This document shows, in pieces, positions 30,843 through 39,053 of a DNA stretch of 64,000 nucleotides (the stretch's first letter is position 1; the number at the start of each line of letters is the position of its first letter). The translations under genes and the position numbers were made by a program. Below the pieces are notes generated by a model. It was not told where the DNA came from. It did not search any database and was given only the letters and a program-made list of their open reading frames with translations. This DNA is from Elusimicrobiota bacterium. GTDB taxonomy: Bacteria > Elusimicrobiota > Elusimicrobia > F11. The stretch is taken from contig JBGAON010000002.1 of assembly GCA_044221725.1 (NCBI GenBank), positions 288,001-352,000 of the forward strand, read 5' to 3'.

Positions 30843-30947
30843 CGACAGCATTTTGCCCTGTGTGCAATGCTACATCTAAAATGCTTTGCGTTTTTCCGTG
30901 CAAACAATGCAGCGAATGAATATTTTGCGATTACTGAAAATATTCAC

Positions 30948-31607
30948 ATGAAAGATCTTATGCACACGGAAAAACCATTGCCACAGCAGAGGAGTTCCGT
31001 ATCTTCTCTTTCTTTGGTTATTGTCTTCTTCCTTTTTTTATTGGGCGTCAATCAAGTCGTGCATAGCGCAATGACCGTTACAGGTCCAATCACAGCAAGC
31101 AGTGTTACTGTCTCGGGCGACGTTTCAATAAGCAGCATGACTGTGAGCAGTCTCACTGTTACTAACCTGCTCAATGTCACGGGGTCCTATAGCGGAATAT
31201 CCGGTCGTGTTGTCCAAATGAAATCCACTACGACCACAACAAGTACCCTTGTTATCCTTACCACAAATTACATGCCCGTCCTTGGTATGGCCCAATCAAT
31301 AACGCTTTCAGATGCCAATAACTACGTACGCATTTCTTTAAGTGGAACATTAGCTGTCGGTACAACTGGCTATCTGACGATATTTCGAGACTCAACAAAT
31401 CTGGGAGATCCGAATTCAGGCTTGGCGGCTACCGTAGGGCAAACTGTTTTTGGTGAAACCGTGAGTGGATCTGGAATCACGATTACTGATTCTCCTGGGG
31501 ACACAAATTCTCATACATATCAGCCTTATATCCGAGTGGATTCTGACAGTGCCCTATATCCTTATGAAACTAAAGGGTATTTGATATTGGAGGAAATCAG
31601 TCGATGA
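30948..31607 (+). CDS. Secreted Ser/Thr-rich fibre-tip-like protein, paralog 1
   Basis: Signal peptide, GPITASSVTVSGDV stalk, YVRISLSG, IFRDSTNLG, DSPGDTNSHTY and GYLILEEI. Start uncertain (30867/30948/30960). Confidence 0.7.
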   Translation: MKDLMHTEKPLPQQRSSVSSLSLVIVFFLFLLGVNQVVHSAMTVTGPITASSVTVSGDVSISSMTVSSLTVTNLLNVTGSYSGISGRVVQMKSTTTTTSTLVILTTNYMPVLGMAQSITLSDANNYVRISLSGTLAVGTTGYLTIFRDSTNLGDPNSGLAATVGQTVFGETVSGSGITITDSPGDTNSHTYQPYIRVDSDSALYPYETKGYLILEEISR

Positions 31608-31626
31608 AATTTTGGGAAACTGTTTA

Positions 31627-32262
31627 ATGCTCCGAAGCAAGGTAATTGGCATTGTATTTTGCGGATCTTTCGTGGGGATTTTCCCAAAAACGGTGTGCGC
31701 TATAGTTTTGAACGGTCCCATTATTGCTAGTACCGTGACGGTTGCCGGGAACGTTACGGTGAGCAGCATGACCGGGAGCACTCTGACGGTTACGACAATT
31801 GACGTGCGGGGCAAAACAGTCGGGATGCCTGGCAGAATTCTTCAGACGCAATTTAGCTCAAGTACAATAACCACCACGGTCACTAGCACAACTTTCACGG
31901 CGGTTTCAAATATTTCGCAATCCATCACTCTTTTGAACGCCAATGACTATATCCGTATTTCCTTGAGTGGAAATTTAACGGTTTTATGTGATCCCAATAC
32001 GTCATCCTCTTCAATGGCCCATATAACGATATTTCGGGATTCGACCAACTTGGGAGATACAAGTTTAGGGTTGTCGGCGTCGAGTTGCCGCGTTTTTGGT
32101 CAACCTGTTAGTCCTGTCGGAATTAGAATAAAGGATTCGCCCGGTGACACAAATGCGCATACATATCAGGTTTATATTCGTACCGACGATAGTGCGAATC
32201 CAACTTCATTCCCATATATCGACCCAGGCTATTTATTATTAGAGGAAATCGGTCAACGATGA
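31627..32262 (+). CDS. Secreted Ser/Thr-rich fibre-tip-like protein, paralog 2
   Basis: GPIIASTVTVAGNV, GRILQTQ, YIRISLSG, IFRDSTNLG, DSPGDTNAHTY and GYLLLEEI. Confidence 0.7.
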   Translation: MLRSKVIGIVFCGSFVGIFPKTVCAIVLNGPIIASTVTVAGNVTVSSMTGSTLTVTTIDVRGKTVGMPGRILQTQFSSSTITTTVTSTTFTAVSNISQSITLLNANDYIRISLSGNLTVLCDPNTSSSSMAHITIFRDSTNLGDTSLGLSASSCRVFGQPVSPVGIRIKDSPGDTNAHTYQVYIRTDDSANPTSFPYIDPGYLLLEEIGQR

Positions 32263-32885
32263 CAGGTTCCAATAGCGTAATGTGCCACATGAAGTTGATT
32301 GCATGTGCAAGCCTTTTATTGCTGCTCGGTGGAATCATGTCGCGATCGTTCGCAACAATGAGTTTGACCGGTCCAATTACGGCAAGTACTGTAACGGTGA
32401 GCGGTGACGTTACGGTAAGTAGTATGACCATAAGTACTTTGACGGTGACCAGCCAACTTAACACAATGGGGACCGCCGAGGGCATTAAAGGTCTTGTTCT
32501 TCAAACTAAATCAAGTTCAACAGCCGTCCAATTTTCCACGACAAACACTACCTTTACAGCTGTTCCTGGGTTAAGCGTATCGCTGGCTTTATCAAGTGCA
32601 ACCAATTATGTCCGTATTTCATTGAGCGGCGCATTGGAGAACTTTAATCTTTCATCAACTTCTCGATTATCCATTTCAAGAGATGGTGCCGACTTGGGGG
32701 CAGGTTCATTAGCTACAGCAACGTCCTATCCGGGCTTAATGTCAGTAGGGATTGTAATTGTTGATTTGCCTGGAGACACCAATTCACATATATACGAAGT
32801 AATAATTAATAATAGCGGGATAGGGCCAGCTCGTTTTCCCACGGGCTCGACCGGTTTTTTACTGGCAGAAGAAATTAGTCAGTGA
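32259..32885 (+). CDS. Secreted Ser/Thr-rich fibre-tip-like protein, paralog 3
   Basis: MKLIACASLLLLLGG...SFA signal (alternative start 32289), GPITASTVTVSGDV, YVRISLSG, DLPGDTNSHIY and GFLLAEEI. Confidence 0.7.
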   Translation: MTGSNSVMCHMKLIACASLLLLLGGIMSRSFATMSLTGPITASTVTVSGDVTVSSMTISTLTVTSQLNTMGTAEGIKGLVLQTKSSSTAVQFSTTNTTFTAVPGLSVSLALSSATNYVRISLSGALENFNLSSTSRLSISRDGADLGAGSLATATSYPGLMSVGIVIVDLPGDTNSHIYEVIINNSGIGPARFPTGSTGFLLAEEISQ

Positions 32886-32983
32886 TTTGAGCGAGACGTA
32901 AAATCCAGTTACATTCTTTGGATGTGGATGAACTTTTTTATTTTCGGATTCAGATAAATGACTAAATTAGGAAGGACTACAAA

Positions 32984-33988
32984 ATGAAAATCATAAAATT
33001 GTGTTCACTTCTCTTCCTTTCTGTCGGTTGTATATGTTTCGCAAAAGCTGATACCGGAGTCGATGGAAGTGCCACAATAACGAGCAGCTTAACCATGACA
33101 GGATTGCTGTCAGTCAGTAGCTTTACAGCGAATACCGTTTCTGTTTCGAGCACTGTAATACAGGGGCCCGGAGCGGTGAGCAATAATACTCCCATTGGCA
33201 ATTACCTTTTTGCGTCGGATACGAGTAGTGTTCATGGATCAATGATCCAGGGTCGGCGTGCATCCGATGCTTTGCATACAGAGCTCCGTCTTTTTACAAT
33301 GGGAGGAACGGCTGTTCCTGTCGAACGGTTGACTATTGACGATAGCGGAAGTGTAAGAGTTGGAAGTACTACATCGGATCAAAATTTTTATGTCACTTCT
33401 TCGAGTGGAACGGAATTTCGAATCCTCGCGAGCCAAGATTCTGCTGTTTGGGCGCAAACCCAAAGCAACCATCCTCTTGTTCTAACAACAAATAACGGTC
33501 CGGATGCAATTCGCGTTACAACGTCACAAGAGGTGTTGCAACCGAATCAACCGTCATTTCTTGTCACGGCTCCTTCAAACACAACAGATGTCACTGGAGA
33601 TGGCACCATTTACACGGCGGAATACGACACTGAAATTTTTGATCAAGGATCAGATTTTAATACCGGTACTTATACTTTCACGGCTCCTGTCGCGGGACGT
33701 TATTTATTTAATGCGAGCGTGCTGATTCAAGGAGTGAACAGTTCTCAGACCTCAACAGGTGAAATGTTATTGGTGACGTCAAATAGGACTTACGACCTGC
33801 AGAGTGTTCCCGATAGTAGTTTGGCGCGGTTTGGGAGCCAATATATAAGATTGATTGGCAGTGTCATCGCAGATATGGATGCTGGAGACACTGCTGTAGT
33901 TCAGGTGGCCATTTTTGGTGGAACCAAAACCTGTGATTTGAACAATGGTGCAACCTATAACTACTTTTCTGGTTCTCTTATAAATTAA
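32984..33988 (+). CDS. Secreted protein with tail-fibre-like stalk and C-terminal C1q domain
   Basis: Signal peptide ending AKA, ERLTIDDSGSVRVG fibre repeat, and the C1q signature QPSF...FDQGSDFNTGTYTFTAPVAGRYLF...MDAGDTAVV...FSGSLI. Confidence 0.8.
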   Translation: MKIIKLCSLLFLSVGCICFAKADTGVDGSATITSSLTMTGLLSVSSFTANTVSVSSTVIQGPGAVSNNTPIGNYLFASDTSSVHGSMIQGRRASDALHTELRLFTMGGTAVPVERLTIDDSGSVRVGSTTSDQNFYVTSSSGTEFRILASQDSAVWAQTQSNHPLVLTTNNGPDAIRVTTSQEVLQPNQPSFLVTAPSNTTDVTGDGTIYTAEYDTEIFDQGSDFNTGTYTFTAPVAGRYLFNASVLIQGVNSSQTSTGEMLLVTSNRTYDLQSVPDSSLARFGSQYIRLIGSVIADMDAGDTAVVQVAIFGGTKTCDLNNGATYNYFSGSLIN

Positions 33989-34014
33989 TTGAAAATATTT
34001 AAAGTGAGGTGTTT

Positions 34015-34347
34015 ATGAAAAAAGTCATGTTTCTCGCGATATTTCTTACGGTCAACGCGTATGCCAAAAAAATTGTTCTAGATATTCCAGATAAAGATAT
34101 TGCTGTTGTTGAAAATGACGTGCCGGACGCCGAACAGTGGATTAAAGCAGCCTGGGCTGGAAAGGTGAATAAATCTCGGGATCGGATGATTCAAGCCGAG
34201 GTATCCAGGTCACTGAATGCAAAAGAAGGTTTGCCTTCTACGGGAGACGCGATTATTGCGAAAGCGATGAGCCGCAGCGATTACAAAAACCGTAAGCAAC
34301 GTGATGCTGTTGAATTAAAAGCTGACTCGACAAAAAGAACAAAATAG
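34015..34347 (+). CDS. Small exported protein, probable partner of the C1q fibre
   Basis: RBS GAGGT, signal MKKVMFLAIFLTVNAYA and a helical body WIKAAWAGKVNK...SRSDYKNRKQRD. Confidence 0.7.
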   Translation: MKKVMFLAIFLTVNAYAKKIVLDIPDKDIAVVENDVPDAEQWIKAAWAGKVNKSRDRMIQAEVSRSLNAKEGLPSTGDAIIAKAMSRSDYKNRKQRDAVELKADSTKRTK

Positions 34348-34471
34348 AATTCAACCCTATTACTTATTTCTTAATTAGTTTTTACCCTTCACATTTATTA
34401 TTTGTGTGATATCAAGACTTATTCCTATCCGACGATTCAACACTATCCTCAAAACATATTGAGGAATCTCT

Positions 34472-36211
34472 CTGAAAAACAATAACACCATTAATTCTTT
34501 TGGATTTGCTGCTTTTGTATTCGCCCTGTATGGCGTTTTATCGGTTGCGATAACTTGGCCGCTTTTGCTCCACATGAACACTACCGTTTTCTACGGCGAT
34601 GCGATGGGGCAGGTGTGGTGGATGTGGTCGAAAGCTCATGGGCTCTGGAACGGCAACACGACCGCGCTGCTTTCGGCGCCCTTTGGTTACACGCGCGAGT
34701 ATGCGGTGGCGCAACCTGTGTACGAAGCGCTTTTCTCTGCGGCGGCGAGAATATTTCCTGAGATTGTGGCTTACAATTTGATTGTGCTCGTATCTTTTCC
34801 GCTGACGGCTCTCGCCACGTTTCTATTTCTTGATTACCTGCTGAAGGATCGTGTTGCCGCGTTTCTCGGCGGAGCGTTCTTTGGGTTTTGTTCGGGCGCG
34901 GTTTCTCAGGCGTGCGCGGGGCATCTCACGTTTGCGCTGAATATGTTCATCCCTCTTTTTGTATGGGCCTTCCTCGTTCATCGTAAATATCGAACGATTC
35001 ACACGTCGGCGCTCCTTGGACTCGTATACGCGCTGCTCGCATTGACGTGTACCTATTGGGGCTATTTTGGAGTGCTGCTGGGCGTCACGATGCTCGTGTT
35101 TGATTTTTTTCAAGAGCGGTCTCTTTCGTTATCCAGGAAGGCGTTCGGTTACGTGCCGGCTTTTTGTGTCGCCGCGCTGTTGCTGCTTTCGGTATTTTAT
35201 CCGCTATTGATGTTCCGTTTGCGCGCAAGTCACACGATTTTGAAATCCACTGGCTTTGCGCGAGAGATCGAGCAACTCGTTGTCTATTCGGCCTACCCTT
35301 GGGAATATTTTATGCCGTCTATCCAGCAGCTGGTGTTTGGCCCGCTCGTGGGAACGTTCTTTTCAATTTTTCTGCACGGCAGCAACGTGTTTGAACAAAG
35401 CATTTATCTCGGCGCGTTACCGCTTCTGTTCGTGGGGTGGGGACTCGTGTTAATACGCGACGGCGATTTTTCAGAGGAACGACGCCGTTACTTTTTTTTC
35501 TTTTTGATTATCGGGGCTGTTCTTATGCTCATTTCGTTTCCGCCGTACTTTCCTGTAAAAAACATAAAGATTCCCAATATCTCTTTTGTGCTTTATCAAT
35601 TTGCGCCGATGTTCCGCGTGTACGCGCGGCTCGGAATATTTGTGATGTTCTTTGTTGCCTGTGCGGGGGCTGTCGTTATAGCCGCTTTGCGTGATCGTGT
35701 TCCTTTCGTGCAGCGCAAACGGTTTGTGTTGATCGTGCTGGCTGTGTTCGTTGTGGATACTTGGAGCGTTTCGCCCGATTTGTTCGCGCGGTTGAACACC
35801 CCGCCTGTCTACGAGTGGCTCGCCCAGCAGCCAGGCGACATTGTTGTGGCCGAATATCCGATGATGAGCCGCGATGATGCGTCCTATTACCGTTATCTTT
35901 TGTGGCAACGTGTTCATAAGAAACGAATCGTGAACGGCGCGTCGCCGGTGCAAAAAGAAGCGTGGGAATTTCGCGAGAGCGTGGCCGATTTTTCGCGCAG
36001 CGAAACCGTGGCCGCGCTGCGAAAGGCCGGTGTGAAATACGCAATTGTGCACGCGGCCTATTATGCCGAAGGACCCATACCAAAACCGATGAAACCGTAT
36101 TTTCCTCCAAAGACGGCGTCGCTTTCCTACGACCACGGAAGAATCCCGAAAAATACGGATCTTTCCGTTCCTTATCGTTGGTTTGGAAGCGACATTGTGT
36201 ACGCGCTCTAA
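34472..36211 (+). CDS. Polytopic GT-C-like membrane protein
   Basis: TWPLLLH...GD...WWMW, many TMs, FRVYARLG, PVYEWLAQQPGD and HKKRIVNG. The frame is open back to CTG 34472, which has GAGG upstream and adds TM1. Confidence 0.7.
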   Translation: MKNNNTINSFGFAAFVFALYGVLSVAITWPLLLHMNTTVFYGDAMGQVWWMWSKAHGLWNGNTTALLSAPFGYTREYAVAQPVYEALFSAAARIFPEIVAYNLIVLVSFPLTALATFLFLDYLLKDRVAAFLGGAFFGFCSGAVSQACAGHLTFALNMFIPLFVWAFLVHRKYRTIHTSALLGLVYALLALTCTYWGYFGVLLGVTMLVFDFFQERSLSLSRKAFGYVPAFCVAALLLLSVFYPLLMFRLRASHTILKSTGFAREIEQLVVYSAYPWEYFMPSIQQLVFGPLVGTFFSIFLHGSNVFEQSIYLGALPLLFVGWGLVLIRDGDFSEERRRYFFFFLIIGAVLMLISFPPYFPVKNIKIPNISFVLYQFAPMFRVYARLGIFVMFFVACAGAVVIAALRDRVPFVQRKRFVLIVLAVFVVDTWSVSPDLFARLNTPPVYEWLAQQPGDIVVAEYPMMSRDDASYYRYLLWQRVHKKRIVNGASPVQKEAWEFRESVADFSRSETVAALRKAGVKYAIVHAAYYAEGPIPKPMKPYFPPKTASLSYDHGRIPKNTDLSVPYRWFGSDIVYAL

Positions 36212-36222
36212 TTTCTTAGAAT
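36195..36222 (+). promoter_or_regulatory. Putative sigma70-type promoter TTGTGT-N16-TAGAAT for the kdsD block
   Basis: The -10 hexamer ends 10 nt before the kdsD ATG. No SD is visible. Confidence 0.4.
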
Positions 36223-36232
36223 CCGGCTTCTT

Positions 36233-37222
36233 ATGAATATCCAATCCGTTATACGCGATGTTATTTCCACGCAGGCGAAGAGCCTTATGGAAATCAAACC
36301 GTTTATCGACAAGCCATTCGCCGATGCGGTTCGTACGATGTACAAATGCAAGGGCAAGCTCGTGATCACCGGCGTCGGAAAATCCGGGCTCATTGCGCAG
36401 AAAATTGCCTCGACGCTGTCGTCCACGGGAACGCCCGCGATTTTTCTGCATCCGGTGGAAGGCATGCATGGAAACCTTGGTGTTCTTCAAAAGGGCGACG
36501 TTGTGCTCGCCATTGGGAAGTCGGGTGAGAGCGAGGAGTTGCTAAATATTTTGCCGGCGATCCAAAAGATCGGAGTGAAAGTGATTGGTCTTACCGCCGA
36601 CAAGAATTCGTCGCTCGCGCGGCAGTCGTCGATTGTGTTGCACGTGCCGGTCAAACGCGAAGCGTGTCCATTGAATCTCGCGCCGACCACCAGCTCGACC
36701 GTGGCGCTTGTGGTGGGCGATGCGATCGCCATCGCACTCATGAAATTGCGCGGTTTTGACGAAAACGATTTTGCGCTGTATCACCCAGGTGGACTTCTTG
36801 GAAAAAGACTTCTCTTGAAGATTTCGGACGTGATGCGCGCGGGGGCCGCAAATCCTGTTATTCATGTGGATGACAGCATGACGAACTTGCTTATTGAAAT
36901 GTCGCGCAAATGGACGGGTGCTGTGTCGGTGATCAACGCGAGAAAGCGGCTTGTCGGACTCGTGACGGACTTTGACGTGCGGCAAGCGTTCGCCGAAGGC
37001 AAGGCGATCCGAAACGTGAAGATTCGTGAGATTATGAACCCGCGCCCTATTTTTATTCACTCGGACGAAATGGCGGTCAAAGCGCTTGAGATGATGGAAT
37101 CGCGCAAAAAGCCGCTGTCCGTGTTGCCGGTGGTAAACCATCAACGCTGTTCGGTGGGAATGATTCACATTCACGATTTGGTCCGCAAAGGACTCGTTTC
37201 CGGAAAAGACTCCATCCATTGA
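36233..37222 (+). CDS. kdsD: Arabinose-5-phosphate isomerase (KpsF/GutQ, SIS plus CBS)
   Basis: TGVGKSG, STGTPA, EACPLNLAPTTS, HPGGLLG and a tandem CBS pair. Confidence 0.92.
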   Translation: MNIQSVIRDVISTQAKSLMEIKPFIDKPFADAVRTMYKCKGKLVITGVGKSGLIAQKIASTLSSTGTPAIFLHPVEGMHGNLGVLQKGDVVLAIGKSGESEELLNILPAIQKIGVKVIGLTADKNSSLARQSSIVLHVPVKREACPLNLAPTTSSTVALVVGDAIAIALMKLRGFDENDFALYHPGGLLGKRLLLKISDVMRAGAANPVIHVDDSMTNLLIEMSRKWTGAVSVINARKRLVGLVTDFDVRQAFAEGKAIRNVKIREIMNPRPIFIHSDEMAVKALEMMESRKKPLSVLPVVNHQRCSVGMIHIHDLVRKGLVSGKDSIH

Positions 37223-38199
37223 AGCCGGTCATTGGTTTGACGATCGGAGATCCGGCGGGTGTGGGCCCCGAGATCGTATTAAAAGCCATGCCGTATTTTC
37301 GTTCCACGTGCGAATTCGTTGTGTTTGGCGATCGGACGTTCCTCGAATACGTGAACGCGCACGTGTTGGGTCGCACGTCGTTGCCGCGCGCGTTTTATGT
37401 CGACTTCAAAAATGTCGACAAGAAAAATTTTCGGTTCGGCGTGGCCACGGCGAACGGCGGAAAAGCGAGCGGAACCTACATCGAGGTGGCCGTTCGGGCC
37501 GCTTTAAATAACGAAATAAACGCACTTGTTACGGCCCCTATTAATAAGGAGGGACTTCAAATGGGAGGCTGGCACAAGCAACATGTCGGCCACACCGAAA
37601 TTTTGGCCCATTTGACCGGTTCCAAGAGCGTGGCACTGATGCTGGTCACAAAAAATCTGCGCGCCGTGCACGTGACGTCTCACATTCCGCTCAAAAAGGT
37701 GTCGGCGTCCTTAACAAAGGAACGCGTGTTCCAAACAATTTCTTTAACGCACGAAGGTCTCACCGGCCTCGGAATTGCGCGGCCGCGGATCGCCGTGTGC
37801 GGTCTTAATCCGCACGCGGGCGAAAACGGGCTGTTGGGAGACGAAGAGGCAAAGATTATTTCGCCGGCCGTTCAACAAGCGAAACGCAGAGGCATTCGCG
37901 TCGATGGCCCGATTTCTGCTGACGTGGTGTGGCCAAAAGTTCGCGACCGCGTTTACGATGCCGGCGTGGCCATGTACCACGACCAAGGACAAATCGCGGT
38001 GAAGCTTTTGTCGTTCGAAAATCAAAAACGAAACGCTACCGTTGGTGGCGTGAACATGACGCTGGGTTTACCGATTGTTCGCACCTCGGTCGCGCATGGC
38101 ACCGCGTACGAAATTGCAGGGAAAGACATCGCCTCCGAGCAAAGTCTTGTCGAAGCGATTCGGATGGCTCTTTCGTTAGTAAAGCGACGCAAAATCTGA
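37219..38199 (+). CDS. pdxA: 4-hydroxythreonine-4-phosphate dehydrogenase (PdxA family)
   Basis: GDPAGVGPE, TAPINK, GHTE, GLNPHAGENG, AMYHDQG and RTSVAHGTAYEIAGK. Confidence 0.9.
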   Translation: MKPVIGLTIGDPAGVGPEIVLKAMPYFRSTCEFVVFGDRTFLEYVNAHVLGRTSLPRAFYVDFKNVDKKNFRFGVATANGGKASGTYIEVAVRAALNNEINALVTAPINKEGLQMGGWHKQHVGHTEILAHLTGSKSVALMLVTKNLRAVHVTSHIPLKKVSASLTKERVFQTISLTHEGLTGLGIARPRIAVCGLNPHAGENGLLGDEEAKIISPAVQQAKRRGIRVDGPISADVVWPKVRDRVYDAGVAMYHDQGQIAVKLLSFENQKRNATVGGVNMTLGLPIVRTSVAHGTAYEIAGKDIASEQSLVEAIRMALSLVKRRKI

Positions 38200-39053
38200 T
38201 GTGTCCCATTTGCGAGAGTTCGCGGACACGGTTCGCGCGGCGCGCGGGGGCGTTCGAATTGCGCGAGTGCGACGATTGCTTTGTTCGTTATTCGAACCCG
38301 ATGGTGCACCCGGGGCAAGAATGGTACGAAGAGTCCGATATTTATGAAGAGGTACGCTGGAATTTGCCGGCCGTCTCACGGTTGGGCGAGCGTTGGGAGT
38401 TCGCGCGCGCGTTGGAGCAGATGGTGCCACACGCTTCTGTGTTTGATGTCGGATGCGGACGCGGTGATTTTTTAAAACTCGCCCAGACGCAGTCGTTCGA
38501 TGTCGCGGGCATCGATCTGCACCGCACGCTTGTTCGGGTTGGGCACGAGGCGTACGGACTGAGTTCCATTGAACAAGGAACGATCGAAGATTATCGCGCG
38601 CGCCATCCCGAAAAGAAATTCGATGCAATCACCGCGTTCGAGGTTCTCGAGCATGTTTCAAACCCGCGCGAATTTTTGCGCGCGTGCGGATCTCTCTTGA
38701 AACCACATGGTCTTTTGATCGTCAGCGTTCCCGGGTATCAACGTTGGCCGCGCTGGGTTAACAACGAAGTGGATTTGCCGCCCCACCACTTTGTTCTGTG
38801 GTCACAAACGGCTCTAAAAAAGATTCTTATGGCCGAAGGTTTCAAAGATGTTCGAACCGAACAGAAACCGCTGCTGTTGACCGATATCATGTACCACGTG
38901 GTTCGTTGGTTTCCGTGGTTGCAGAAGCCCGGTGTGTTCCGAAAACTTGCGCGCGGTGTGCTGAAGGCGGCCGTTTACCCGGTCTGGAGCGTGGTGCGGT
39001 TTTTCCCTCGCGCGGGCGGATTTACAATTCTTGCGATCGGAACCAAGCAATGA
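38199..39053 (+). CDS. Class I SAM-dependent methyltransferase with N-terminal CxxC pairs
   Basis: MCPIC...CDDC, FDVGCGRG, FEVLEHV and PPHH. ATG 38199 overlaps the pdxA stop. Confidence 0.85.
   Translation: MCPICESSRTRFARRAGAFELRECDDCFVRYSNPMVHPGQEWYEESDIYEEVRWNLPAVSRLGERWEFARALEQMVPHASVFDVGCGRGDFLKLAQTQSFDVAGIDLHRTLVRVGHEAYGLSSIEQGTIEDYRARHPEKKFDAITAFEVLEHVSNPREFLRACGSLLKPHGLLIVSVPGYQRWPRWVNNEVDLPPHHFVLWSQTALKKILMAEGFKDVRTEQKPLLLTDIMYHVVRWFPWLQKPGVFRKLARGVLKAAVYPVWSVVRFFPRAGGFTILAIGTKQ

Larger units (their letters stand above)
28960..34470. other. AT-richer inserted island (TMTC-like transferase plus secreted fibre-like proteins)
   Basis: Visible compositional shift. Spot counts: 23/60 GC at 29161-29220 versus 37/60 at 5461-5520. 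AT-rich intergenic spacers at both ends. No integrase or att repeat seen. Confidence 0.6.

Noticed and set aside
30948..32885. Paralogs as DGR template/variable repeats or an invertible cassette
   Set aside because: Similarity is mostly at protein level. There is no near-identical repeat with adenine-specific differences, and no reverse transcriptase or recombinase in the window.
28960..34470. Island as a prophage or integrative element
   Set aside because: No integrase, transposase, capsid or terminase gene, tRNA target or flanking direct repeat was seen. The fibre-like genes have signal peptides.
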